Both the position numbers and the translations under genes were made by a program. Of a stretch of 64,000 nt of DNA, positions 33,751-48,879 are shown piece by piece. How positions within the stretch are numbered: position 1 is the stretch's first letter; each line of letters opens with the position of its first letter. Location of the stretch: assembly GCA_963720545.1 (NCBI GenBank), contig OY970399.1, forward strand, positions 2,240,001 through 2,304,000, read 5' to 3'. The DNA is from an uncultured Acidobacteriota bacterium (GTDB lineage: Bacteria; Acidobacteriota; Vicinamibacteria; Fen-336). The notes below the pieces were generated by a model, which had not been told where the DNA came from, searched no databases, and saw only the letters and a list, made by a program, of their open reading frames with translations.

Positions 33751-34971
33751 TCAATTGGCGCCGGGCACGGCGCGGCGCTGCTCGGTGATGCCGCCGGCCC
33801 TGCTGACCGCGCGCACCACGATCGCCGGAGGCTGGTCCTGGTCGGCCGGCAGGTGTTCGCTGAAGGTGCCATCCGGCTGGATCTCGATGGCGTCGCCGTT
33901 CACCGTGACCCGCGAGCCGGGCTCGGTCCGACCGCGCAGCAGCAGGATGTTGCCGCGGCGCTCGAGCGTTTCGATGGCGAGCGCCGGCGGAGCCGCCGCG
34001 TCGGCGGTGCTGGCCTTGACGATGCTGAAGCTGGCGAAATCCGAGTAGCCGCCCTCGAGGCCCTGCGCCCCGACCGCGGCGACCCGCCAGAAGAACTTGC
34101 CGGCGCCGAGCGCGCGGGCGCGCGCCTCCTGCTGCTTCAGGTCCTGGCGGTCGAACAGCGGCTCGTTGAAATATGCGCTCGAATCGACCACCACGTGATA
34201 GGCCGCGGCGTCGTCCTGGCGCCGCCAGCTCAAGAGCGTCGCGGCGGCCGCGGGGTTCTCGTACGCGAGCTGCGCTGCGTCGCCCGGCGCCACCAGGCTC
34301 GGCTTCTTCGGCAGCGTCACCTTGTCGCCCGCACCGCCGGTCGCATCGACGCGCAGGCCTTCCTGGGTCTGGAGGCGGATCTTGCGGCCCTTGATGGTCT
34401 CGACGTCGGAGCTGCCGCGGAACACGCGGATGTCGCTGTCGCCCGCCTTGGCGACGCGAATCGCGGCGTTCGATTCTCCGGCGACGCGGTTGGTGGCGCC
34501 GGGCGTCGACACTTCGCTCGTGCCTTGCTGCGTCTGCACGTTCACTTCGCCGGAAGAGATGCGCCATGCCATGCGTTCGCTTTGCGACGACGGATCGACC
34601 ACCGGCCCTTCGATCGTGATGAGGCTGTCGGGTCGCACCGAAACCACCGACTTGTCGGCGAACTCGAGGTCGGCGGAGGCGCCGGCCGCGGTGCGCACCA
34701 GGTCGTTGCGGCTCAGGGACGTCTGCAGGTTCGCATCGCTCCACTCGACGCTGCCCACCGGCTTCACCTTGACGCTGCCGCTGAGGCGCGCGAATTTGGC
34801 GATCGCGACGCGCGGTGCCGTTGCGGCCGTGGTTGCCGGTGCCGGGGCGCCGCCATTACAGGCGCAAAGTGCCAGCATGAAGACGGCGGCTGGCGCGAGG
34901 ACGAGGCGAGAACCTCTTGAAGCTCCGCCTGAGGGTGCGTTCACGGGTTCCTTGCCTGCGGCTTTCACCAT
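33751..34971 (-). CDS. Exported FecR-domain protein with C-terminal beta-sandwich domains; start uncertain
   Basis: LCAC lipobox-like segment, LSRNDLVRT...ADLEFADKSVVSVRPDSLITI (FecR-like), C-terminal GRTEPGSRVTVNG. Confidence 0.65.
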   Translation of the reverse strand: MVKAAGKEPVNAPSGGASRGSRLVLAPAAVFMLALCACNGGAPAPATTAATAPRVAIAKFARLSGSVKVKPVGSVEWSDANLQTSLSRNDLVRTAAGASADLEFADKSVVSVRPDSLITIEGPVVDPSSQSERMAWRISSGEVNVQTQQGTSEVSTPGATNRVAGESNAAIRVAKAGDSDIRVFRGSSDVETIKGRKIRLQTQEGLRVDATGGAGDKVTLPKKPSLVAPGDAAQLAYENPAAAATLLSWRRQDDAAAYHVVVDSSAYFNEPLFDRQDLKQQEARARALGAGKFFWRVAAVGAQGLEGGYSDFASFSIVKASTADAAAPPALAIETLERRGNILLLRGRTEPGSRVTVNGDAIEIQPDGTFSEHLPADQDQPPAIVVRAVSRAGGITEQRRAVPGAN

Positions 34972-35014
34972 TGAGCTAAAGCCAGCTTCCTCCGAGAGTT
35001 AGGCTGACCGCGGG

Positions 35015-35063
35015 ATTATAGCGGTTCGCTGGTTTGCTTGAAAGTGAGCCGCGACGCTATCAT
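35015..35063. promoter_or_regulatory. Overlapping divergent sigma70-type promoters
   Basis: Minus strand: TTTCAA(35043-35038)-17-TATAAT(35020-35015). Plus strand: TTGCTT(35034)-18-TATCAT(35058). Confidence 0.5.
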
Positions 35064-35125
35064 TTCCAGCTCCGAGCAAAGCCGCAAACGACACCGTCCT
35101 GGGACTGGAAAACCGATAAACCGCA

Positions 35126-37066
35126 ATGGCTCTAGAGTTTCTACGCCGGCACCACCAGCGAAAGTCGCTGTTCCTCACGATCCCGCTAATCATCATCGTG
35201 CTGAGCTTCGTGGCGTTGTACTTCCCGTCACTCCAGGGCGCGGCCACAGGCAGCCGCAGCCAGGAGGTGGGCCGGGTCGGCAGCCTGCCCATCACCCTGG
35301 GCGAGTTCCAGTCGGCCTACAGCAATCGCCGGCGTTTCTACGAACAGGCCTACCGCGGCCAGGTGGACGAGCGGATGCTGCGCGCCATGGGCCTCGAGAA
35401 CCAGGTGTTCGAGGGGCTCGTGAGCCAGAAGCTGCTCGAGCTCGAAGCGCAGCGGCTCGGGATCGTGGTGGACGACGCGGCGGTTGCGCAGGCAATCGCG
35501 GAAGACCCGAACCTGCAGCGCGACGGCAAGTTCGTCGGCCGCGAAGAACTGCTGCGGCTGCTGGCCCTGCAAGGCGTTACGCCCGACGACTTCACCGAGC
35601 AGCAGCGCCAGCGCCTGGTGATCGAGCGGCTGCGGGCGATCGTCGCCGCGGGTGCCAGCGTCTCGCCCGCCGAAGCCGAGGATGAATACCGCCGGCGCAA
35701 CGAGCAGCTGAAGGCCGAATACGTGCAGGTGTCGGCGGAGCCGTTCCGCGCCGCGGCGAGCGTCAGCGACGACGAGGTGCGCCAGCGGTTCGCAGCGAAG
35801 CAAGACCACTACGCGATTCCGGAAAAGCGCGTGGTCGCGGCGCTCTTGATCGATCCGTCCGCGCTGCGCGCGGGCATCACGGTGCCCGACACCGAGACGA
35901 ACCGCTACTACGAGGAGCATCGCAGCGAGTTCATCGAGCCCGAACAGGCGTGCGCCAGCCACATCCTGGTGCGCGTCAAGTCGGGCGACGGCGATGCCGA
36001 GGGCCATGCCGACGCCGACGCGAGGAAGATCGCCGACGACCTGCTCGCGAAGGCGAAGGCGGGCGGCGATTTCGCGGCGCTCGCCAAGAAGTCGTCGGAA
36101 GACAAGGGCTCGGCGACGAACGGCGGCGATCTCGGCTGCTTTCCCGCCGGCCGCATGCTGCCCGAATTCGACACCGCCGCGTTCGGCCTGGCCTCCGGCC
36201 AGCTTTCCGATGTGGTGAAGACGTCCTACGGCTACCACATCATCAGGATGAACGAGCGCAAGGCCGAAAGCGTGCCGGCGATGAGCGCGGTGAAGGAGCA
36301 GATCGCGGCGCGCCTCGTCGGCGAGCGTGCCGCCGCTCTCGCCGACGAGAAGCAGCAGACGGTCCAGGAGACGCTCGCGAAGGGCCGCACGCTCGAAGAG
36401 GCGGCCCGCGCGGCGGGGCTCACGGTGACGAAGAGCGCACCGTTTGCCCGCGGCGATGCGCCGGCGCCGCCGCTCGCTTCCAAGGAGCTTGCCGTCGCGG
36501 CGTTCGCGCTCAAACCAGGAGCCACCGACAAGCAGGCATTCCACGTCGGCCCGGCCACGGCGTTCATTGCGCTCAGCGAAGTGCAGCCGGCGCGGCCGGC
36601 GCAGCTCGAAGAGGTCAAGGCGCAGGTGCGCGCCGACCTGGTCGAGGAACAGGCGTTCGCCGCGGCCGAAGCCCGCGCCCGCGAGCTGCGCGGCAAGGCC
36701 GCCGCCGGGCCGCTCGACAAGGCGGCCGGGTCGCTTGGCCTGGTGCGCAAGGAGACCCTCGAGCTCGTGGCGCGCTCCCAGCCGCTCGGCGACCTCGGCA
36801 GCGGCGCCGGGCTCGAGCGCGCCGTGTTCGCGCTGCCGGCGGGCACCCTCTCCGACCCGATCCGCACCAGCGCCGGCTATGCCCTGGTGCGGGTCACCGA
36901 GAAAAAGGCCTTCGACCCGGCGGCGTTTGCCAGGGAACAGGCTGCGCTCGTCGCGCAGCTCACCGAGGAGAAGCGCGCCAACCTGTTCGATGCGTTCCTG
37001 CGCGCCGCCCGCGACCGCTACGTCGTCGAGCAGCGACCCGAACTCGTGCGGCGCTCCGTTGGTTGA
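35126..37066 (+). CDS. PpiD-like membrane-anchored periplasmic chaperone/PPIase
   Basis: N-terminal TM, SurA_N-like region, ASHILV, DFAALAKKSSED, GGDLG, TSYGYHII. Confidence 0.88.
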   Translation: MALEFLRRHHQRKSLFLTIPLIIIVLSFVALYFPSLQGAATGSRSQEVGRVGSLPITLGEFQSAYSNRRRFYEQAYRGQVDERMLRAMGLENQVFEGLVSQKLLELEAQRLGIVVDDAAVAQAIAEDPNLQRDGKFVGREELLRLLALQGVTPDDFTEQQRQRLVIERLRAIVAAGASVSPAEAEDEYRRRNEQLKAEYVQVSAEPFRAAASVSDDEVRQRFAAKQDHYAIPEKRVVAALLIDPSALRAGITVPDTETNRYYEEHRSEFIEPEQACASHILVRVKSGDGDAEGHADADARKIADDLLAKAKAGGDFAALAKKSSEDKGSATNGGDLGCFPAGRMLPEFDTAAFGLASGQLSDVVKTSYGYHIIRMNERKAESVPAMSAVKEQIAARLVGERAAALADEKQQTVQETLAKGRTLEEAARAAGLTVTKSAPFARGDAPAPPLASKELAVAAFALKPGATDKQAFHVGPATAFIALSEVQPARPAQLEEVKAQVRADLVEEQAFAAAEARARELRGKAAAGPLDKAAGSLGLVRKETLELVARSQPLGDLGSGAGLERAVFALPAGTLSDPIRTSAGYALVRVTEKKAFDPAAFAREQAALVAQLTEEKRANLFDAFLRAARDRYVVEQRPELVRRSVG

Positions 37067-37415
37067 GACCGGGCCCTTCCACGTCGCCGTCCGCAAGGCG
37101 GAGACGGTCGTCATCCTCGACCTCTCCGGCAAGCTCGCCGCCGGCTTCGGCGACGACTTGCTGCGCGACACGCTTGGCGAGCTCTTCTCCGAGGGCTGGA
37201 AGAAGGTGCTCGTGAACCTCACCAAGGTGCCGTTCATCGACAGCGCCGGACTCGGCGAGCTGGTGGCGGCGCTGCGGCGCGCGCAGCGCGAGGGCGCTCG
37301 GTTGAAGCTCCTCAACAAGGCCGGCCGCGTCCAGGAGACGCTCTACGTGTCGCGGCTGCTGCCGCTCTTCGAGGTGTTCGAGACCGAAGACGCGGCGCTC
37401 GCCTCGTTCAACTAG
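37059..37415 (+). CDS. STAS domain anti-sigma factor antagonist
   Basis: VVILDLSGKL, FIDSAGLGELV with the phosphorylatable Ser; TTG start inferred. Confidence 0.88.
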   Translation: MVETGPFHVAVRKAETVVILDLSGKLAAGFGDDLLRDTLGELFSEGWKKVLVNLTKVPFIDSAGLGELVAALRRAQREGARLKLLNKAGRVQETLYVSRLLPLFEVFETEDAALASFN

Positions 37416-38290
37416 CGGTCGCGCGCGACTACATAGCAGGAAAGGTCGCGCAGTGGCTGCGCCCGCGGCCCCAGGCCCTCGAGCGCAGCGCGCGCCGTCT
37501 GCGCCAGGTCTTCCGCCAGAGTGCGCGCCCCCGCTTCGCCCGCGAACGAGACGAACGTCGTCTTCTTCGTGTCCTGGCCCGTCTCCTTCCCGGTCACCGC
37601 CGCGTCGCCGCCCACGTCGAGCAGGTCGTCTATCACCTGGAAGGCGAGCCCCAGGTTCTTCGCGTAGGCCGCGACCGCAAGCACCTCGCCTTCGCTCGCG
37701 CGCAGCGTGCCGAGGAGTGCCGAGCAGGTGAAGAGCGCACCGGTCTTGCGGCTGTGGATGAACTCGAGGGTCTGGAAGTCGACCGTGGCGCCGGTGGCGG
37801 CGAGGTCGCGCGACTGGCCGGCGATCATGCCGCTCATGCCGATGGCGCGCGCGAGCGCGGCGGCGAACCCTGAGCGGGTTGCCGCATCGGGCGCGCCCGG
37901 CCAGCCGAGCGCCAGGATCTCGAAGGCGCGATTCTGCAGCGCGAAGGCGGCGAGGATGGCGGTCGCCTCGCCGTGCGCGACGTGGCAGGCCGGACGGCCG
38001 CGCCGCAGCGCTGCGTTGTCCATGCTCGGCAGGTCGTCGAGGATGAGGCTGGCGGTGTGCACCATTTCGACGGCGCATGCTGCGGGCAGGATCGAGGCGG
38101 GATCGGTGCGGAAGATCTCCGCGACCAGCAGAGAGAGCACCGGCCGCAGCCTCTTGCCGGGCGCCATCAGGCTGTCGCGCGCGGCGCGCGCCACCTGCTC
38201 GGCCTCGCCTTGCGAAAAAAGTTGCAGCAGCGCCGCGTCGACGCGCCGGCGCTTTTCGTCGAGCGCCGTTGCCAGCGGTTTGAAGTCCAT
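37412..38290 (-). CDS. Short-chain polyprenyl diphosphate synthase (IspA/CrtE family)
   Basis: GKRLRP, FARM DDLPSMD..RRG, GQ..D, KT, SARM FQVIDDLLD; ATG 38290. Confidence 0.92.
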   Translation of the reverse strand: MDFKPLATALDEKRRRVDAALLQLFSQGEAEQVARAARDSLMAPGKRLRPVLSLLVAEIFRTDPASILPAACAVEMVHTASLILDDLPSMDNAALRRGRPACHVAHGEATAILAAFALQNRAFEILALGWPGAPDAATRSGFAAALARAIGMSGMIAGQSRDLAATGATVDFQTLEFIHSRKTGALFTCSALLGTLRASEGEVLAVAAYAKNLGLAFQVIDDLLDVGGDAAVTGKETGQDTKKTTFVSFAGEAGARTLAEDLAQTARAALEGLGPRAQPLRDLSCYVVARDR

Positions 38291-38379
38291 TCTGCGTCGA
38301 TGATACGCCGCCAGTGCTTCCGGTCGGTTCCATGCCGCGATGTACAATCGCCGCTTCGAGGAAGGCTGAAGAGAGCGAA

Positions 38380-39411
38380 GTGGACTACAAGCAAGCCGGC
38401 GTCGACCTGGGCGCCGCCGAGGAAGCGAAGTCGCGCATCAAGCGGCTGGCGCGCGCCACCTTCAACCCGGCGGTGCTGTCGTCGATCGGTTCCTTCGGCT
38501 CGCTGTTCGCCTTCGACAAGGACGCCTACGACGAGCCGCTGCTGGTCGCGTCCACCGACGGCGTCGGCACCAAGATCCAGATCGCGCGGCTCATGAACCG
38601 CCACGACACCGTCGGCTACGACCTCGTCGCGCACTGCGTCGACGACATCCTGGTGCAGGGGGCGCGGCCGCTGTTCTTCCTCGACTACATCGCCCTCGGA
38701 CGGATGGACCCGGACGTGGTCGCGGAGATCGTCTCGGGGTTCGCGCGCGGCTGCGGCGAATTTTCCTGTCCGCTGGTCGGCGGCGAGACGGCGGAGATGC
38801 CGGGCACCTACGCACCCGGCGACTACGACCTCGCCGGCTTCATCGTCGGTGTGGTGGAGCGCCGCATGGCGCTGACCGGTGCCGCGATCCGCAAGGGCGA
38901 CGCGCTCATCGCCCTGCCGTCCGCTGGCCTGCACACGAACGGCTACTCGCTGGCGCGCAAGGTGCTGTTCGAGCACCGCGGCCTCACCGTGGACTCGCCG
39001 CTGCCTGGCGATGCCGCGGCGGCCGGCAGCACCATCGGCGGCGCGCTGCTGGCCCCGCACCTCTCCTACCTCGATGCGCTGTGGCCGCTGCTTCAGGAAG
39101 GGCGCATCGCAGCGCTGTGCCACATCACCGGCGGCGGCTTCCAGGGCAACATCCCGCGCGTCCTGCCCGACGGCCTCGGCGCCACCATCCGCCGCGGCAG
39201 CTGGCCGGTGCTGCCGATCTTCACCGCCATCCAGGCGGGCGGCGCGGTGGCGGACGACGAGATGTTCCGCACCTTCAACATGGGCGTGGGCATGATCGCC
39301 TTCGTCTCGGAGGAGCAGCGCGGCGCGGTCGAGGCGTCGCTGCGCGCACGCGGCCATGCGTTCCACCTCATCGGCGAGGCCGTGCCCGGCGCGGGCGTCT
39401 CGTTCGTGTGA
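38380..39411 (+). CDS. purM: Phosphoribosylformylglycinamidine cyclo-ligase (AIR synthetase)
   Basis: YKQAGVD, STDGVGTK, GGETAEMPG, HITGGG, RTFNMGVG; GTG 38380. Confidence 0.96.
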   Translation: MDYKQAGVDLGAAEEAKSRIKRLARATFNPAVLSSIGSFGSLFAFDKDAYDEPLLVASTDGVGTKIQIARLMNRHDTVGYDLVAHCVDDILVQGARPLFFLDYIALGRMDPDVVAEIVSGFARGCGEFSCPLVGGETAEMPGTYAPGDYDLAGFIVGVVERRMALTGAAIRKGDALIALPSAGLHTNGYSLARKVLFEHRGLTVDSPLPGDAAAAGSTIGGALLAPHLSYLDALWPLLQEGRIAALCHITGGGFQGNIPRVLPDGLGATIRRGSWPVLPIFTAIQAGGAVADDEMFRTFNMGVGMIAFVSEEQRGAVEASLRARGHAFHLIGEAVPGAGVSFV

Positions 39412-40019
39412 GCGGCCGGATCGGCGTCCTCATCAGCGGGCGCGGCTCGAACCTGCAGGCGCTGATCGACGCGCAGCATGCCGGCCGCCTGGGGGGCGAG
39501 ATCGCGCTGGTCGTTGCGAACGTCGCGACCGCGCAAGGCTTGCAGCGCGCCGCAACCGCCGCGATCCCGGCCTTTTTTCGCGGCCACCAGGGCCTCGCGC
39601 GCGAGGCCTATGACGCAGGCTTGCTGTCGCTCCTGCGCGAGCATGGCATCGATCTCGTGTGCCTGGCCGGCTACATGCGCCTGCTGTCGCCGCCGTTCGT
39701 GCGCGCGTTCCCTGGCGGCATCCTGAACGTCCACCCGTCGCTGCTGCCCGCCTTTCCCGGCCTCGCGGCGCAGCGCCAGGCGCTCGACTACGGCGCGCGC
39801 ATCACCGGCGCCACCGTGCACTTCGTCGACGAAGGGCTCGACTCGGGGCCGATCGTCCTGCAGGAAGCGGTGGCGATCGAAGAGGGCGATACCGAAGCGA
39901 GCCTCGCGGCGCGCATCCTCGCGGTGGAACACCGCCTCTACCCCGCCGCCGTGCGACTGGTGCTCGGCGGCGGCCTGCGCCGCGACGGCCGGCGCGTGCT
40001 GCTGAAGGAGAACGAATGA
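39408..40019 (+). CDS. purN: Phosphoribosylglycinamide formyltransferase
   Basis: [40 protein letters not shown]. Confidence 0.96.
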   Translation: MSGRIGVLISGRGSNLQALIDAQHAGRLGGEIALVVANVATAQGLQRAATAAIPAFFRGHQGLAREAYDAGLLSLLREHGIDLVCLAGYMRLLSPPFVRAFPGGILNVHPSLLPAFPGLAAQRQALDYGARITGATVHFVDEGLDSGPIVLQEAVAIEEGDTEASLAARILAVEHRLYPAAVRLVLGGGLRRDGRRVLLKENE

Positions 40020-41206
40020 GCGCGAAGCAGGAAGACGACCTTGCCTTTCTCACCAAGGGCTGCGTCGACGTGGTGACCGCCGAAGGACTGAAGGCGAAGC
40101 TGCTGCGCGACAAGCCGGTGACCGTCAAGGTCGGCTTCGATCCCACGGCACCCGACATCCACCTCGGCCACACGGTGCTGATGCGCAAGATGAAGCACTT
40201 CCAGGATCTCGGCCACCGCGTGGTGTTCGTGATCGGCGACTTCACCGCCATGATCGGCGACCCCACCGGCAAGTCGAAGACGCGGCCGCCCCTCAGCCGC
40301 GGCGAGATCCTGGCGAACGCCGAGACGTACCAGACGCAGGCTTTCAAGGTGCTCGATCCCGACCGCACCGAAGTGCGCTTCAACAGCGAATGGCTGGGCG
40401 CGCTCGGCGCCGAGGGGCTCATCCGCCTCGCGGCACGCTACAACGTGGCGCGCATGCTCGAGCGCCGCGACTTCCGCCAGCGCTACGATGCCGGCCAGCC
40501 GATCTCGGTGCACGAGTTCCTCTATCCGCTGGCGCAGGCGTACGACTCGGTGGCGCTCGCGGCCGACGTGGAACTGGGCGGCACCGACCAGCTCTTCAAC
40601 CTGAATGTCGGCCGCGACATCATGCCGTCCTACGACCTCGAGCCGCAGGTGGTGATGACGACGCCGCTCCTCGAGGGCACCGACGGCGTCGAGAAGATGT
40701 CGAAGAGCCTCGGCAACTATGTCGGCGTGACCGATGCGCCCGACACGATGTTCGGCAAGCTGATGGGGATCTCCGACGCGCTCATGTGGCGCTACTACCT
40801 GCTGCTCACCGACTTCACCGCGGAGCAGATCGCGCAGAAGCAGGAGCTGGGCGATCCGATGGCGTCGAAGTTCGCACTCGCGCGCCGCATCGTCGCGGAC
40901 TTTCACGGCGAGAAGTCCGCCGAAGATGCCGAGGACGAGTGGCGGCGCGTGCACCAGGCGCGCCAGGCGCCGCAGGACATGCCGCTCCTGCGGCTGAGCG
41001 CCGGCGCGCACCGCGCCGCGGACGTATTGGTCGCGGCCGGTCTCGCCCCTTCGAAGAGCGAAGCGGTGCGGCTGGTGCGCGCCGGCGCCGTCAAGCTCGA
41101 CGGACGCGCGCTTGGCGCGAGCGAATCGCTCGAGATCGCCGCGGGCAGGGAGCTGGTGCTGTCGGTTGGCGCGCGCCGTTACGTGCGCGTCACGGCAGAG
41201 GTTTGA
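40016..41206 (+). CDS. tyrS: Tyrosyl-tRNA synthetase
   Basis: [32 protein letters not shown]-terminal S4 domain. Confidence 0.97.
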   Translation: MSAKQEDDLAFLTKGCVDVVTAEGLKAKLLRDKPVTVKVGFDPTAPDIHLGHTVLMRKMKHFQDLGHRVVFVIGDFTAMIGDPTGKSKTRPPLSRGEILANAETYQTQAFKVLDPDRTEVRFNSEWLGALGAEGLIRLAARYNVARMLERRDFRQRYDAGQPISVHEFLYPLAQAYDSVALAADVELGGTDQLFNLNVGRDIMPSYDLEPQVVMTTPLLEGTDGVEKMSKSLGNYVGVTDAPDTMFGKLMGISDALMWRYYLLLTDFTAEQIAQKQELGDPMASKFALARRIVADFHGEKSAEDAEDEWRRVHQARQAPQDMPLLRLSAGAHRAADVLVAAGLAPSKSEAVRLVRAGAVKLDGRALGASESLEIAAGRELVLSVGARRYVRVTAEV

Positions 41207-41231
41207 CGGCCGGGAGCAACGCCCGTATACT
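41203..41231 (+). promoter_or_regulatory. rrn upstream promoter (P1-like)
   Basis: TTGACG-17 bp-TATACT overlapping the tyrS stop codon. Confidence 0.7.
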
Positions 41232-41342
41232 CTTCTTTCTTCGTTAGAGGCATACCAAACGGTTTGGAAGTCGTCGGCCTTGACTGGCCGGTGCACCCCG
41301 CCTGAAGGACCACTAAAGAAGTTCACCGGACCCGGAAATTCG

Positions 41343-41373
41343 TTGACAGGTTACGGCCTGAAAATGATATTCT
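41343..41373 (+). promoter_or_regulatory. rrn downstream promoter (P2-like)
   Basis: Perfect TTGACA followed by TGATATTCT (-10 either GATATT at 17 bp or extended TATTCT). Confidence 0.6.
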
Positions 41374-41397
41374 GGTCGGGTTCCCCGGAAAACGGGT

Positions 41398-41424
41398 GGC
41401 TCTTTGAAAACTGGATAGCGTGTG
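41398..41424 (+). promoter_or_regulatory. boxA-like antitermination element and 5' arm of the 16S processing stem
   Basis: GCTCTTTGAAA resembles boxA; 41398-41424 is near-perfectly complementary to 43121-43147 in the spacer. Confidence 0.75.
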
Positions 41425-41526
41425 AATTCTGACGCGAGTTTTAGTCTTAAGGACCAATTATCAAACCAGTTCACGGACCCCGGCGAAGTCGTTCTAAACA
41501 AATAGCTTCCTCGACGGTCCAAAATT

Positions 41527-43084
<1,558 letters not shown>

Positions 43085-43251
43085 GGAGTTCTTTAGATCT
43101 GGACTCGCCTGTCAAACAAGCACCCGCTATCCAGTTTTCAGAGAGCCGTTTTCGCCAGGGTTTAGGCCCTGGCGATCGCTCTTTCTGAACGCGAATACCT
43201 CAAGGAAGCAGAACTCCGCGCTCCGCGGTGCGGTGCGTTTGATCGATCAAC

Positions 43252-43329
<78 letters not shown>

Positions 43330-43344
43330 ACCAAAGAAGCCCGG

Positions 43345-43420
43345 GGGGCTGTAGCTCAACTGGGAGAGCGCCGCGTTTGCAACGCGGAGGTCGCCGGTTC
43401 GATCCCGGCCAGCTCCACCA
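43345..43420 (+). tRNA. tRNA-Ala(TGC)
   Basis: Acceptor GGGGCTG/CAGCTCC with G3-U70, anticodon loop TTTGCAA, TTCGATC, CCA. Confidence 0.97.
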
Positions 43421-43645
43421 ACCAGGGAGCCTGCTGAAACGAGGTGGCCGCTACGACCAGGGATGGTTCGTCCCGAAAGGGGACGAACGATTCGTGGCCA
43501 TAGCGGCTGCGGCGGGCGAAACGGCCCGCGGCTCATTGACAACCGAAGAATCGAATCGAATAGTTGTTGAAGGCATTGAATAAGTGAATCTCACATAGCA
43601 CAAAGCATGTAAGCGCATAACGTTTTCAAGCAGTGTAAACGTTAT

Positions 43646-46665
<3,020 letters not shown>

Positions 46666-46764
46666 TAACGTTTACAGTGCTTGAGACGCTTCGTTCTTGC
46701 CGGCAACGGCCATGCGGTTCGATTCTTCGGTTGGTCCGCACTTACGTCTCTTTGACAAGCTTCA

Positions 46765-46882
46765 TCCCGGTGACCATGGCGGAGGGGTCACACCCGTTCC
46801 CATTCCGAACACGGCCGTTAAGCCCTCCTGCGCCGATGGTACTGCCAGGGTAGCCTGGTGGGAGAGTAGGACGTTGCCGGGA
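46765..46882 (+). rRNA. rrf: 5S rRNA
   Basis: CACCCGTTCCCATTCCGAACAC, GCCGATGGTAC, GGGAGAGTAGG; terminal helix TCCCGG/CCGGGA. Confidence 0.97.
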
Positions 46883-46904
46883 TTTTTTCGTACTCGCCGT
46901 AAAG

Positions 46905-46944
46905 AAGGCTCTCGCGCGTCATCCGCGCGCGGGCCTTTTTTGTT
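46905..46944 (+). terminator. Intrinsic terminator of the rrn operon
   Basis: Stem AAGGCTCTCGCGCG/CGCGCGCGGGCCTT followed by a T-tract. Confidence 0.8.
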
Positions 46945-46992
46945 GCGCCCTCGCGCTACAATCATGCGTTTTCAAAACTGGAGCGGCAGTCG

Positions 46993-47748
46993 ATGTCCGG
47001 ACATTCCAAGTGGGCGACGATCAAGCACAAGAAGGGCGCGCTCGACGCCAAGCGCGGCAAGCTCTTCACCAAGATCATCCGTGAAATGACGATCGCCGCG
47101 CGCCTCGGCGGCGGCGACGTCGACTCGAATCCGCGCCTGCGCACCGCGGTCGACAAGGCCAAGGGTTCGAACATGCCCGCCGACAACATCAAGCGCGCCA
47201 TTCAGAAGGGCACCGGCGAGCTCGAAGGCGCCATGTACGAGGAGCTCGTCATGGAGGGCTACGGCCCCGGCGGCGTCGCGATCCTCGTCGAGGGCACCAC
47301 CGACAACCGCAACCGCACGGTTTCCGAGATCCGTCACACCTTCACCAAGCACGGCGGCAGCCTCGGCGGCGCCGGCAGCGTCTCCTACATGTTCAAGCCC
47401 AAGGGCGTCATCACCATCGCCGATTCCAAGATCAGCGAAGAAAAGCTCATGGACCTGGCGCTCGAGGCGGGCGCCGACGACATCGCGCACGAGGGCGAGA
47501 TCCTCGAGGTCATCACCTCGCAAGGCGCCTACGACGGCGTCGTCAAGGCGATCAAGGCGGCCGGCATCGAGCCCGAGTCGCACGAACTCGGCAAGTACGC
47601 CGACAACAACATCACCCTCGAAGGCACCAGGGCGCAGCAAATGCTGAAGCTCGTCGAGGCGCTCGAGGACAACGACGACGTCCAGAGCGTCTGGGCCAAC
47701 TTCGACATCTCCGAGAAGGAGATGGAGGCGGCCGCAGCCGCCGGCTAA
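46993..47748 (+). CDS. yebC: YebC/PmpR family protein
   Basis: [38 protein letters not shown]. Confidence 0.96.
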   Translation: MSGHSKWATIKHKKGALDAKRGKLFTKIIREMTIAARLGGGDVDSNPRLRTAVDKAKGSNMPADNIKRAIQKGTGELEGAMYEELVMEGYGPGGVAILVEGTTDNRNRTVSEIRHTFTKHGGSLGGAGSVSYMFKPKGVITIADSKISEEKLMDLALEAGADDIAHEGEILEVITSQGAYDGVVKAIKAAGIEPESHELGKYADNNITLEGTRAQQMLKLVEALEDNDDVQSVWANFDISEKEMEAAAAAG

Positions 47749-47764
47749 GACGGCAAGCGGCCGC

Positions 47765-48271
47765 GTGATCATCCTCGGCATCGATCCCGGCTCGCTGCGC
47801 ACCGGCTGGGGCGCCATCGAAACAGACACCCGGCGCCACCGCCTGATCGAAGCCGGGGTGCTGGCACCGCCGCCGCGCGCGGCGCTGAGCGACCGGCTGC
47901 GCTTCCTGCATCACGGCGTCACGGCACTCATCGCGCGCCTCAACCCCGAGGCACTCGCGGTCGAAGACATCTTTCATGCGGTCAACACCCGCAGTGCCCT
48001 GGTCCTCGGCCACGTGCGCGGCGTCATCCTGCTGGCGGGCGGCGAGGCCAGCCTGCGCATCCTCGCCTTCGCACCGGCGACGGTGAAGGCGCAGATCTCG
48101 GGTTACGGGCAGGCTGCCAAGAGCCAGGTCGCCTTCATGGTGGCGCGGCACCTGTCACTCGCCGAAGAGCCGGTGGGCGATGCCGCCGACGCGCTCGCGA
48201 TTGCACTCTGCGCCGCTGCGCATCCGGCCGGCGAAGCCGCGGCGGCGCCGAAGCGGCGGGGCCTCGCGTGA
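47765..48271 (+). CDS. ruvC: Holliday junction resolvase RuvC
   Basis: ILGIDPG, AVED.F, GYGQAAKSQV, DAADALAIA. Confidence 0.95.
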   Translation: MIILGIDPGSLRTGWGAIETDTRRHRLIEAGVLAPPPRAALSDRLRFLHHGVTALIARLNPEALAVEDIFHAVNTRSALVLGHVRGVILLAGGEASLRILAFAPATVKAQISGYGQAAKSQVAFMVARHLSLAEEPVGDAADALAIALCAAAHPAGEAAAAPKRRGLA

Positions 48272-48879
48272 TCGCGCAACTCAGCGGCCGCATCCTGCGC
48301 AAGGGCCCGCAGGAAGTGGTGGTCGAGACGGCCGGCGTCGGCTACCGCGTCGCGATACCGCTCTCCACCTTCTACCGCCTCGCCCCCGAAGACGGCGAGG
48401 TGAGCCTGCGCATCCATACGCATGTCCGCGAGGACGCGCTGCAACTCTTCGGCTTCCTCACCGCGCGCGAGCACGAGCTCTTCGAGCGCCTCATCTCGGT
48501 GTCGGGCGTCGGCCCGAAGCTCGCCACTTCGATACTCTCCGGCATCGAGGCCGACGACCTGACCGAAGCGCTGCGCGACAGCGACGTCGCGCGCCTCACG
48601 CGCATTCCCGGCGTCGGCAAGAAGACCGCCGAGCGGCTGGTGGTGGAGCTGCGGGACAAGATGCCGGCGGTCCTGCCGGGCGGTGACGCCGACGCCGAGC
48701 CGCGCGGCGGCGCCGGCACCGTGAAGGCCGACCTGGTGTCGGCGCTCGCGAACCTCGGCTACTCGCGGCCCGAGGCGGAGCGCGGCGTCGACAAGGCGCT
48801 GCGCGAGGACCCTGCCGGACGCTTCGAGGACCTGTTGCGGCGCTCGCTGCAGCTATTGTCGGGAGCACGCCATGGTTGA
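48268..48879 (+). CDS. ruvA: Holliday junction branch migration protein RuvA
   Basis: [17 protein letters not shown], HhH motifs VSGVGPKLA and [11 protein letters not shown]. Confidence 0.96.
   Translation: MIAQLSGRILRKGPQEVVVETAGVGYRVAIPLSTFYRLAPEDGEVSLRIHTHVREDALQLFGFLTAREHELFERLISVSGVGPKLATSILSGIEADDLTEALRDSDVARLTRIPGVGKKTAERLVVELRDKMPAVLPGGDADAEPRGGAGTVKADLVSALANLGYSRPEAERGVDKALREDPAGRFEDLLRRSLQLLSGARHG

Noticed and set aside
43424..43534. Hammerhead ribozyme in the spacer
   Set aside because: GAAA motifs are present but the CUGANGA core is absent.
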